Sequence record: SRR31156797_505
Length of the DNA: 64,000 nt
Strand: one strand, 5' to 3'
Below the pieces are notes generated by a model. That model ran no database searches. It was given only the letters and a program-made list of their open reading frames with translations, and had not been told where the DNA came from. The position numbers were made by a program, and so were the translations under genes. Shown here in pieces: positions 11,648 to 20,265 of this stretch; the stretch's first letter is position 1, and each line of letters begins with the position of its first letter.

Positions 11648-12469
11648 ATGAGACTGCTTACACTTATTATTTTAATAGTATCTATTTATAGCTCGGCTTT
11701 TGCTTTTGGTGAGGGGAGATTGCTTAAAAAAGGGATGAAAGCCCTTGAAGCTGGCGAACTCCAGACTGCCAAAGTTTACTTTAACGAATCGATCAATAAA
11801 AATCCTAAGTTCTCCAGAGGGTATAGCTTTCTTGCATATGTTCAGGCACAGCTTGGCGAATCTGATGATGCAATAATGAATTATCGTATGGCGGCTAAGT
11901 TTGATAAGAAAGACTTTAGCTCACGAACAAACCTGTGCGGACTGCTGATAGATAAGGGTGACCTTGTCGGTGCTCATACAGCGTGTACTGAGGCGATTAG
12001 TATTAAACCAGACAGCTATATGGCTCATAACAACAGGTGCATAATATTCCTTGAGCAGAAGCGTTATTCAAGCGCAATTGCTGATTGTTCGCAGGCGATA
12101 CTCATCAGGCGTGACTATGTATCCCCATATAACAACAGAGGTATGGCCTATATTGAGCTTAATGAGCTAATACATGCCCATCGTGATTTCAGCATGGCTA
12201 TTAAGATCGACCCTGATAGTGCACTCGCTTATAACAACAGGTGCGCAGTGAATAAAGAACTAAAAAAGTATGATGAGGCACTCGAAGACTGTACTAATTC
12301 TATAAGGCTTGATGATTCTCTCATCGAGGCATACAGCAATAGAGGTGCAGTGCATGAGATGAATGGTAATAAGATGGATGCAATCCTTGACTATAGAAAG
12401 TACCTCCAACACAACCCTAAGGCGGAAGTTGTACGCCAGAAGATGAAGAGACTTTTAAAAGGTGAGTAG
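11648..12469 (+). CDS. Exported tetratricopeptide repeat protein
   Basis: Signal peptide plus several 34-aa repeats (AYNNR.../A..D...AI..P). Confidence 0.85.
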   Translation: MRLLTLIILIVSIYSSAFAFGEGRLLKKGMKALEAGELQTAKVYFNESINKNPKFSRGYSFLAYVQAQLGESDDAIMNYRMAAKFDKKDFSSRTNLCGLLIDKGDLVGAHTACTEAISIKPDSYMAHNNRCIIFLEQKRYSSAIADCSQAILIRRDYVSPYNNRGMAYIELNELIHAHRDFSMAIKIDPDSALAYNNRCAVNKELKKYDEALEDCTNSIRLDDSLIEAYSNRGAVHEMNGNKMDAILDYRKYLQHNPKAEVVRQKMKRLLKGE

Positions 12470-13095
12470 TGAAGTTTAAAGCGGTTCTGATAGATTTTGA
12501 CAATACAATAATCGGCACAGAGAGATATAATCACTCGATCTTTTTAAAAGAGATTAGTCGGCTTATCGGCAGAAGGTTTACCAAGGAAGATACTAGAAAT
12601 CTCGCTGGGAGTACATGGAAAGGGATTTTTGAAATGCTTAATAAAAAATACCTGCCGGATATGTCACCTGTTGAGATTCGTAAAGTCTTTTTAGATGCGA
12701 AGGCTGACCAGCTAAAAGGTAAGTCAGTTCCCACTGCTGACGGGCTTGATGATATTTTAGCACTAGACATTATGAAGGGGATAGTAACGGGGAGCAGCCG
12801 ACCTGAAGTTGATATGTTTACCCACCTGATAGATTATTCAAAATTTGATCTGATAGCTACTGATGAGCTTTATAATGAGGGTAAGCCTGCGCCAGACGGA
12901 TATTTATATGCTGTTGAGAAGTTCGGGCTGGAACCGCATGAGTGTATATGTGTGGAAGATTCAGCTATAGGTATATACTCAGCTAAGGCAGCAGGGTGTA
13001 CGGCAGTATTCACCAGAGAGTTCGCTGACGAAGACCACAGCGAGCTGGCAGACTATACGGTTTGCCGTTTAGGCGATGTTATCAACCTTTTATAA
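12469..13095 (+). CDS. HAD-superfamily phosphatase (subfamily IA)
   Basis: IDFDNT, VTGS, GKPAPD and VEDS motifs. Confidence 0.9.
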   Translation: MKFKAVLIDFDNTIIGTERYNHSIFLKEISRLIGRRFTKEDTRNLAGSTWKGIFEMLNKKYLPDMSPVEIRKVFLDAKADQLKGKSVPTADGLDDILALDIMKGIVTGSSRPEVDMFTHLIDYSKFDLIATDELYNEGKPAPDGYLYAVEKFGLEPHECICVEDSAIGIYSAKAAGCTAVFTREFADEDHSELADYTVCRLGDVINLL

Positions 13096-13167
13096 TCCAT
13101 TAGTCATGCACTGTAAAATATAAAGCATACGACAAACTGGAGCTTTGAAACGTGACAGTATATGTTA

Positions 13168-14352
13168 TTAATCTAGCTTAGATTTTGCCTGTGATGCTGC
13201 CCGAAGAGCACAATCTTCTATTGCAAGCCCTCCGAAATAGTTACCAACGACAAATAGACCATCCTGTTCAGCGATGGCTTCATCAAGCTTTTCGATTTTA
13301 GCTTTATGGTCTAGCCCGAGAGTAGGTGAGAAGTGGACAGTATCAGCCTGAGCTAAGAATGCACTTCTATCCAGTCCGAGAACATCTTCTATCGTCGCTA
13401 TTTTAGCTTCTGCATCGAGGACACCTTCTTTAAAGTGGAATGATACGCCTCGGTATTTATCGTGCGGGATGATGTCTCTCGATACTGCTGAGGTAAATGA
13501 TTCATCCTTCGCAATGATAAAGCTGAAAGGTTCAACATTCAGCTCTTCTTTAGTTATTACTACGCCCACAGTTTCAACCTTAGCGCCTTTGATCTCAGAT
13601 AAAATGGAAGAAACTTCCGGTGCGCATCCGGAGAGGAGCTTTCCGGCTACCGGCGCAGGGCACGCCATGACGATATTGTCAGCTTCGTACTTATCTCCGC
13701 AAGCGGTTTCAACTGTGTAAACGCCGTTTTCTAATTTTATATCAACAGCTTCAATCTGAGTGGTTAAAGTGATATTTTCTTCTTCTGCTATTCTTTCGAT
13801 GAAGCGGGACATCCCGCCGTCCAGAGTGAAATTACGAGGCGCAGAGTCGTCTCTTTCACGTTTTTTAAGGAGCATGTCAGCAGGGAAGTCAGAAGCATCC
13901 TGAGATATTACTGCGGACAGCATCGGCTTGAACATGTTTTCGTAATTATCTTTGCCGAGAACAGCAGAGTAGTATTCCCTCGCTGTTTTGCCGGGCTTTT
14001 TCATGAAAAACATCTTCGGAACATTAAAAGCGGCCTGAAATTTGTTGAGCGATCTCATTAGTGAAACAATCTGACCGTTATCATACATTTTAAAAGAAGC
14101 CTTCTCTCTAGGGAGAAAAGTGCCTTCAGCACCGAGCTCTCTGAGAGTTTGGATGAATGTCTTGTATGAGTTATAAATTGTATGCCCGCCAAGCTCCATC
14201 CAGAAATCCTCATAGCGGATTGATTTGACACATCCGCCAGCATAGTCTTTCCTCTCAAGGACTTGCACAGTTTTACCGCTTTTGCTCACATGGTGCGCAA
14301 AGCTCATTCCACTAATTCCGCTGCCGATAACAATATAGTCAGTTTTGCTCAT
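13168..14352 (-). CDS. FAD-dependent oxidoreductase, protoporphyrinogen/coproporphyrinogen oxidase (HemY)-like
   Basis: VIGSGISG, ERK..AGG, ELGGHT and C-terminal GNYFGGLAIEDC. Divergent from the heme-rich nap cluster. Confidence 0.65.
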   Translation of the reverse strand: MSKTDYIVIGSGISGMSFAHHVSKSGKTVQVLERKDYAGGCVKSIRYEDFWMELGGHTIYNSYKTFIQTLRELGAEGTFLPREKASFKMYDNGQIVSLMRSLNKFQAAFNVPKMFFMKKPGKTAREYYSAVLGKDNYENMFKPMLSAVISQDASDFPADMLLKKRERDDSAPRNFTLDGGMSRFIERIAEEENITLTTQIEAVDIKLENGVYTVETACGDKYEADNIVMACPAPVAGKLLSGCAPEVSSILSEIKGAKVETVGVVITKEELNVEPFSFIIAKDESFTSAVSRDIIPHDKYRGVSFHFKEGVLDAEAKIATIEDVLGLDRSAFLAQADTVHFSPTLGLDHKAKIEKLDEAIAEQDGLFVVGNYFGGLAIEDCALRAASQAKSKLD

Positions 14353-14440
14353 TTCAGCCTCCGATGTTCTATTATAAACCTTGCAAATGAAGTAAGCAAG
14401 AGGGGGATATATATTTAATAAGACTAAAACTATCCAGAGT

Positions 14441-14488
14441 TAACATCCTTTACATCGCTCTTACAACCTTAATTCCCGTTTTACAAAG
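14441..14488 (+). promoter_or_regulatory. Phased direct repeats upstream of the nap operon (candidate response-regulator site)
   Basis: TAACATC (14441), TTACATC (14450), TTACAAC (14461) and TTACAAA (14481), followed by TAAAAT at 14496. Confidence 0.4.
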
Positions 14489-14523
14489 TACACAGTAAAA
14501 TTGTTAGTAAGAGGTAAGGTCAA

Positions 14524-14619
14524 ATGAAAAGATTTCCATGGCTTGTTCCTGTTTTTGCTTCGGCATTCGCTTTCAGCCTTTATGCATGGGCAGGGTTGAT
14601 CAATCATTTTAGCAATTAG
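14524..14619 (+). CDS. Unannotated 31-aa hydrophobic protein, NapE/TorE-like
   Basis: GAGGTAAGG RBS, then ATG to TAG encoding MKRFPWLVPVFASAFAFSLYAWAGLINHFSN. One TM-like stretch. It is the first ORF of the nap region. Confidence 0.6.
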   Translation: MKRFPWLVPVFASAFAFSLYAWAGLINHFSN

Positions 14620-14663
14620 CATACGCATAGCATATATAAGCACCTAGTGCTTAGTGACCTCGA

Positions 14664-14696
14664 CAGACCGCATCAACACGGGTTGACAGCGGTCTG
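14664..14696 (+). promoter_or_regulatory. GC-rich hairpin in the nap leader/intercistronic region
   Basis: CAGACCGC-a-TCAAC-acgg-GTTGA-ca-GCGGTCTG, with no T tail. Confidence 0.45.
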
Positions 14697-14758
14697 CTCA
14701 TTTCAGAGGCATGAGAGAATCAAAGGTAAAAATATACAAAAGTTACCGGAGGTATTTT

Positions 14759-15118
14759 ATGGGATCATTTAATAAGGTTTTGTTTGTAGTAATGGTTCTT
14801 GTCCTCACATTTGCCGCAGTGGCATACGCAGGTGATAAGCACCCGGAGGATATGGGGAATCAAGATTGTGCATCGTGTCATATGGACGTAACCCCTGATA
14901 TTTATCAGCAGTGGGAAGAGAGTGCACACGGATTTACAGGTGTTAAGTGTCAGGTCTGTCACGGTGACGAAGCGAACTTTGTAAAGTCACCTGAAAATGC
15001 TACATGTGAGGGCTGTCACTCTAAGCAGGTAGATAACAATATGGCTCCGCAAGCCAGATGTGCGAGCTGCCACATTTCACACAATTTTACAGTGCATAAA
15101 GCACACGACTATAAGTAA
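14759..15118 (+). CDS. napM: Tetraheme c-type cytochrome, NapM-type
   Basis: Signal peptide and four CXXCH motifs (CASCH, CQVCH, CEGCH, CASCH). Directly upstream of napA, with GGAGG RBS. Confidence 0.85.
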   Translation: MGSFNKVLFVVMVLVLTFAAVAYAGDKHPEDMGNQDCASCHMDVTPDIYQQWEESAHGFTGVKCQVCHGDEANFVKSPENATCEGCHSKQVDNNMAPQARCASCHISHNFTVHKAHDYK

Positions 15119-15129
15119 GGGGGACGTCA

Positions 15130-17520
15130 ATGAGCTTATCTAGAAGAACTTTCCTCAAAGCATCTGTTGCTGCTGCTGCGGCGGCTTCTGTTGGTATATC
15201 AATGCCTGAAAAAGCAGAGGCTAGAGGTGCTGATGTTGATAAATGGGTAAAGGGCGCATGTCGTTTCTGCGGAACAGGTTGCGGCGTTTACATAGGTGTT
15301 AAAAATGAAAAAGTGGTTGCTATCAAAGGTAACCCAGAGGCGAAAACAAACTTTGGATTCCTTTGTGTTAAAGGCTTCCTCGCCTATAAGTGTATGTATC
15401 ATCCAGATAGAATCACAGATCCGATGATTCGCCAGAAAGATGGTACATTCAAAAAGGTTAGCTGGGACAAGGCTCTTGATTTCGTAGCTAATAAGTTCAA
15501 GTATCTCCACAACAGATACGGCAAAGACGCTGTTTCCTACTACGGTTCAGGTCAGGCTATGACAGAGGAGAGCTACACATTTAACAAGCTCTTCAAAGGC
15601 GGCTTCGGTTCTAATATGGTCGAAGGTAACCCTAGGCTCTGCATGGCTTCCGCTGTTGGTGGATACATCTCCACATACGGTTCTGACGAGCCGGTAGGTT
15701 CCTACGCAGACATCGAAAATGCTAAATGTATTTTCCTCACAGGTTCTAACACTTCTGAGTGTCACCCGATCATCTTCCGTCGTATTATGCGCCATAAGAT
15801 GAAGAACCCAGATGTTAAGATCATCGTTTGCGAACCGAGAAAGACCACAACTTCTAAAATCGCTGATCTCTGGCTCCCTGTAGACCCTGGAACAGACCTC
15901 GCTGTCTTCCACTCTATGGCTAAAGTTATCATGGATAACAACTGGCACGATGAAAAGTTTATCGAAGAGAACACAAGAATTACTAACGGTAAGAAGGTTT
16001 TTGACGTAGCTGCTTACAGAGAGTTCCTCAAAGACTTCACACCTGAAAAAGTAGAGAAGCTTACACGCTGTCCTGCTGACCATATCCGCAAAGCTGCTGA
16101 ATGGTTTGCTACTTCCGGTGCTTCCATGTCCCTATGGACAATGGGACTCAACCAGAGGACAAGAGGCGTATGGGCTAACAACCTCGTTCACAACCTTCAC
16201 CTTATTACAGGTAATATCTGTAAGCCTGGTGCTGATCCATTCTCACTTACTGGTCAGCCTAACGCTTGCGGTGGTGTACGTGAGACAGGTTCACTCTGCC
16301 ACCTTCTCCCTGGTACAAAGCATGTTAAAGATAATAAGTGGAGAGCACACATTGAGAAAGAGTGGGGGATTAAGTCCGGTACTATCGATAATAAACCTGG
16401 CTTCCACACTATGAAGATGTTTGATGCACTCGGCGGAGAGAAAGATGCTAAGAAGCCTATTAAGGCTATGATCACTTCTACAACAAACCCTGCGCAGTCT
16501 CTCCCTCACCTTAACAAATATGTTCCGGGTATGAGAGATTCCTTCCTCGTAGTTATTGATCTCTTCCCAACTAGAACAACTCAACTCGCTGATGTGGTTC
16601 TCCCTGCGGCGTTCATCTATGAGAAGGGCGGCGTATACGGTTGTTCTGAGCGTAGAAGCCAGCTCACAGAGAAGTGTGTTGAGCCTATGGGTAACGCTAA
16701 ACCTGATGCATGGATTGCAGCACAGATAGCTAAGCGCATGGGACTTTCCAAGCTTATCCCTTGGAATGGCGACGACCAGATGAAGAACAACGAAATGGCC
16801 TGGTCAGAGTACATCAGAGTTACTAAAGATACAGATCACACCCTCGAGGGCGCTACATACGACAGACTCAAAAAAGAAGTTGCCGGTCTCCAGTGGCCGT
16901 GCCCGACAGAAGACCACCCAGGTACATATAAGAGATATGTGCGTGGAATGGATCCTATGTTCGAGCACGCAGGCTTTAAAAAGGCTTTTGGCAAGAATAT
17001 GCCTACGAACAGAGCGATCAACTTCTATATGGATAAGAAGGGCGAAGGTAAAGCTAATATCTGGCTCAGACCATACGCCGGACCTGCTGAAGTCCCTTCG
17101 AAAGAGTATCCATTCTATCTCACAACAGGACGTGTTATCGAGCAGTGGCACACTGGTACGATGACAATGAGAATCCCTGAGATAGCGAGAGCTCACCCTA
17201 ACGGCTACCTTGAGATACACCCTGACGATGCGAAGAAGTACAAGATCGTTTCCGGTGATATGGTAGAGGTTTATAGCAAGCGTGGTAAGTCTGTTCTCCC
17301 TGCAGTTGTTACGAAAGTGTCTCTCCCTGGTATCCTTTTTGTACCTATGCACGACCAGCAGTACGACAGAATGATCAACTTCGTTTGTAACGACGCTGTT
17401 GACCCGGGCTCCAAAGAACCTGAATTTAAAATTGCTGCCGTTGAAATAAAAAGAATTTCCGGACCGAAAGACGTAGCAGATAAATATGTTATTGACGATA
17501 TAGACGCATCCTTCTCTTAA
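15130..17520 (+). CDS. napA: Periplasmic nitrate reductase catalytic subunit
   Basis: Tat signal SRRTFLK, CRFCGTGC...LCVKG 4Fe-4S motif, NPRLCMASA Mo-ligand Cys, SLTGQPNACG and TGRVIEQWHTGTMT. Confidence 0.96.
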   Translation: MSLSRRTFLKASVAAAAAASVGISMPEKAEARGADVDKWVKGACRFCGTGCGVYIGVKNEKVVAIKGNPEAKTNFGFLCVKGFLAYKCMYHPDRITDPMIRQKDGTFKKVSWDKALDFVANKFKYLHNRYGKDAVSYYGSGQAMTEESYTFNKLFKGGFGSNMVEGNPRLCMASAVGGYISTYGSDEPVGSYADIENAKCIFLTGSNTSECHPIIFRRIMRHKMKNPDVKIIVCEPRKTTTSKIADLWLPVDPGTDLAVFHSMAKVIMDNNWHDEKFIEENTRITNGKKVFDVAAYREFLKDFTPEKVEKLTRCPADHIRKAAEWFATSGASMSLWTMGLNQRTRGVWANNLVHNLHLITGNICKPGADPFSLTGQPNACGGVRETGSLCHLLPGTKHVKDNKWRAHIEKEWGIKSGTIDNKPGFHTMKMFDALGGEKDAKKPIKAMITSTTNPAQSLPHLNKYVPGMRDSFLVVIDLFPTRTTQLADVVLPAAFIYEKGGVYGCSERRSQLTEKCVEPMGNAKPDAWIAAQIAKRMGLSKLIPWNGDDQMKNNEMAWSEYIRVTKDTDHTLEGATYDRLKKEVAGLQWPCPTEDHPGTYKRYVRGMDPMFEHAGFKKAFGKNMPTNRAINFYMDKKGEGKANIWLRPYAGPAEVPSKEYPFYLTTGRVIEQWHTGTMTMRIPEIARAHPNGYLEIHPDDAKKYKIVSGDMVEVYSKRGKSVLPAVVTKVSLPGILFVPMHDQQYDRMINFVCNDAVDPGSKEPEFKIAAVEIKRISGPKDVADKYVIDDIDASFS

Positions 17521-17544
17521 GGAAGGCAACCGGCATCACATATT

Positions 17545-17572
17545 GCGCCCCCTAGCCGGGGGGCGCTTTTTT
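17545..17572 (+). terminator. Terminator-like hairpin between napA and napD
   Basis: GCGCCCCC-tagccg-GGGGGCGC followed by TTTTTT. Confidence 0.75.
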
Positions 17573-17681
17573 AGCTAAGTGACTCGGTTGAAAATGTTTT
17601 GTTCCCCTCGGCGGAACTCAATGCTGAGGGGTACTATTTAATTATTTTGTTATTTGTGATTAATGATGCAGGAGTTGAAAA

Positions 17682-18023
17682 ATGATCTATTCAGGAAGTA
17701 TTATCTTTATAGAGCCAGATGCGCTGGACGAAGTGAAAGGGATATTAGCTAAGTTTGATGAAATTGATATCCACACTGTCAGCGAAGACAACAAGCAGAT
17801 AGTTATCTCCATTGAAACTGATGGTGATGAAACTCTCGATAGTTTGACCAAAAAACTTAAAAGCCACGAACCTATTGTAGATGTAGGTCATCACATAATG
17901 CATTTCGAAGATGAAGTCCAAGACATTATAGACGGTAAGAAGAGACCTGACCTTAAAGCTTTCCAGAGGAGCAAACGAAGAAAAGAAAACCCACTGGAAG
18001 CCCAACTAAACGAACAGAAGTAA
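17682..18023 (+). CDS. napD: Nap chaperone NapD
   Basis: MIYSGSII...EIDIH...KQIVISIE small ferredoxin-like fold pattern. Position directly after napA. Confidence 0.75.
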   Translation: MIYSGSIIFIEPDALDEVKGILAKFDEIDIHTVSEDNKQIVISIETDGDETLDSLTKKLKSHEPIVDVGHHIMHFEDEVQDIIDGKKRPDLKAFQRSKRRKENPLEAQLNEQK

Positions 18024-18027
18024 TATC

Positions 18028-18792
18028 ATGCCTAGGAACGATTTCTCCGAGAAGCTTGGCAGGATTCTTAACACAAACCCGTTTAAGAATTTCTTCAAGC
18101 TGAACAGGCTCAGACCGCCCGGAGCGGTTAATGAACAGATGTTTATGGAGCTGTGCATAAGGTGTGCCAGATGCATAGAGGTCTGTCCTTACGACTCTAT
18201 ACACAGAGCAGACCTATATGAAAAACTACAGATCGGAACACCGTATATATATGCTGATAAACGTGCCTGTTACCTCTGTATGAAATGCCCGCCGGTATGC
18301 CCCACTGGTGCGCTCAATCCTGAGCTGACAAACGACAGGGATGTCCGTATGGGTGTTGCCGTTATCAATCAGGAGACATGCCTTAATTATCTGTACTATA
18401 AAGAAGAAGTAGCTGGCGTATCAGAAGGTTATGCACAACTATGCAACACCTGCAATAACGTATGTCCGTTCACTGATGAAGCAATTTATATGGAAAATCA
18501 GATTCTTCCGGTCATCACTGATAAGTGTACAGGTTGCGGTATCTGCGTTGAGAAATGCCCGACAGCACCTAAATCTATCACTATCTATCCTACTGGGATG
18601 GGCGTGAAGGCAGAGGCGGGGTATTATAACCGTAAAACCCGTATGCAGGCTGAGGAAGAGCATAAGAAAGGTCATTTGATGGGTGACGAGTTGATCGAAG
18701 AGAAGGCTAAGATACGCTCTTTTGACGTGAAAGCTGATTTCGAATATAACATAGAGCTGGAAGAAGACAGAGACGAGTGGGAGGATCAGTGA
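18028..18792 (+). CDS. napG: Ferredoxin-type protein NapG
   Basis: LRPPGA, CIRCARCIEVCP, CYLC..CPPVCP, CNTCNNVCP and CTGCGICVEKCP. Confidence 0.88.
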   Translation: MPRNDFSEKLGRILNTNPFKNFFKLNRLRPPGAVNEQMFMELCIRCARCIEVCPYDSIHRADLYEKLQIGTPYIYADKRACYLCMKCPPVCPTGALNPELTNDRDVRMGVAVINQETCLNYLYYKEEVAGVSEGYAQLCNTCNNVCPFTDEAIYMENQILPVITDKCTGCGICVEKCPTAPKSITIYPTGMGVKAEAGYYNRKTRMQAEEEHKKGHLMGDELIEEKAKIRSFDVKADFEYNIELEEDRDEWEDQ

Positions 18793-19592
18793 TGAAGATC
18801 AAAACACTCAGGCGTACAGCTCAGCTGGCAACTCTCATAGCTATTTTTATCATACCGTTTATGAATGTTTGGGAGTTGTACTTTATCAAAGGGACATTTT
18901 ACTCGATGGATATAGGAGATGCGGCGATAGCTGACCCGCTGGCTGTTTTTCAGTCTATGCTCGCATCAGGTAAGATAAACATTTATATGCTCGGTTCGCT
19001 TGTTATACCGTTACTTCTCATGTCATTTTTCGGGCGGGTGTGGTGCAGTTGGTTCTGCCCTTACTATCTTTTTACTGAGTTGATCGAGTGGCTGAAAGTA
19101 CGCTTCGGTATCAACATAAAAAAACCGAAATATACAGAATCGTATCCGCATAAAGCTTCAAAAATCAGGTTCATTTTCCTGCTTGTCGGGCTTTTGGTTA
19201 TGGCAGTAATTGGTGTTCCTGTGCTGAACCTTATTTCAGCCCCGGGTATAATTTCGTCGCAGGCACTCGTTATAGTTAAGTTCGGATATGTCACTTTTGA
19301 GCTGGTTATTGTGCTTGCGATACTCTTCATGGAACTTTTTTACTACCGCTACTGGTGCAGGCTTTTTTGTCCTACGGGAACATTTCTTTCGCTCTTCAGG
19401 TTTAAGCGTGGGATGACAGTGAATAAGATGGTCGAGAACTGCTCAGATTGCAAAAGCTGTGTTAGCTCTTGCCCCGCTGTGGTCAACCCTATGATTGAGG
19501 GTGCAAGCCTCCACTGTCATAACTGCGGCGACTGCATAGATGCGTGCCCTGACAATAAGAAACGTGACACACTCAGGTTTACTTTTAAGTAA
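18792..19592 (+). CDS. napH: Membrane ferredoxin-type protein NapH
   Basis: LRR..QL, DPLA, GRVWCSWFCP, YWCRLFCPTG and two C-terminal 4Fe-4S motifs. Confidence 0.9.
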   Translation: MKIKTLRRTAQLATLIAIFIIPFMNVWELYFIKGTFYSMDIGDAAIADPLAVFQSMLASGKINIYMLGSLVIPLLLMSFFGRVWCSWFCPYYLFTELIEWLKVRFGINIKKPKYTESYPHKASKIRFIFLLVGLLVMAVIGVPVLNLISAPGIISSQALVIVKFGYVTFELVIVLAILFMELFYYRYWCRLFCPTGTFLSLFRFKRGMTVNKMVENCSDCKSCVSSCPAVVNPMIEGASLHCHNCGDCIDACPDNKKRDTLRFTFK

Positions 19593-19611
19593 TAGATGCT
19601 TATAATGTTTT

Positions 19612-20265
19612 ATGGATAAAAAACTAGCCGTAAAGGCATTTGCAACGGGATTTTTTGGCAGTGACGATGCAGAGCTGGTGTGCTTACTAGAGGAAGTCTG
19701 CAAGTACCGTCAGGTTGATAAAAAGCAGATTCTCTTCATGGAAGGTCAGGAAGGGAGTACAATCTATTTCCTCGTTAAAGGGAGCATAAAGCTTTTTCGT
19801 ACTAACGACGAGGGGCGTGAGGCTGTTGTGCACTTTGTCAGGAGCGGCGAGATTTTTGCTGAGATTTTGTTGCAGCTCGGGCTGAAATATCCTGTTACAT
19901 CCATGACACTTGAAACTTGCGATCTTGTTGAAATAGACGCCAGAAAGCTCGAAGAGATCATCACAAACGACCCGAAGGCCTCAATGAGGCTTATCGCTGC
20001 TCTGTCGAAACGTATCAAATATTTCGTTAATCTTATCGAAAGCCTGACAATCAATGATGTTCGTGCGAGGCTTGTCAACTGGCTCGCCGCTCAGAAACAG
20101 CAGGGATCGAAAGTGATAACTCTCCCTGTGCCTAAAGGTGAGCTTGCGCTCCTTCTCGGGACAACAGCGGAAACATTCTCCCGTGTACTTAAAAAGCTCT
20201 CGGAAGAGGGGTATATCGAAGTTCAGGGTAGGGATATAAAAATACTGAAAGACCTTACTCAGTAA
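19612..20265 (+). CDS. Crp/Fnr-family transcriptional regulator (Dnr/HcpR-like, no FNR Cys cluster)
   Basis: cNMP-binding fold (LFMEG, GEIFAE) and HTH LALLLGTTAETFSRVL. Confidence 0.9.
   Translation: MDKKLAVKAFATGFFGSDDAELVCLLEEVCKYRQVDKKQILFMEGQEGSTIYFLVKGSIKLFRTNDEGREAVVHFVRSGEIFAEILLQLGLKYPVTSMTLETCDLVEIDARKLEEIITNDPKASMRLIAALSKRIKYFVNLIESLTINDVRARLVNWLAAQKQQGSKVITLPVPKGELALLLGTTAETFSRVLKKLSEEGYIEVQGRDIKILKDLTQ

Noticed and set aside
15130..17520. Selenocysteine-containing NapA or formate dehydrogenase identity
   Set aside because: There is no in-frame TGA. The ligand is Cys in RLCMASA, and the napD/G/H context supports NapA.
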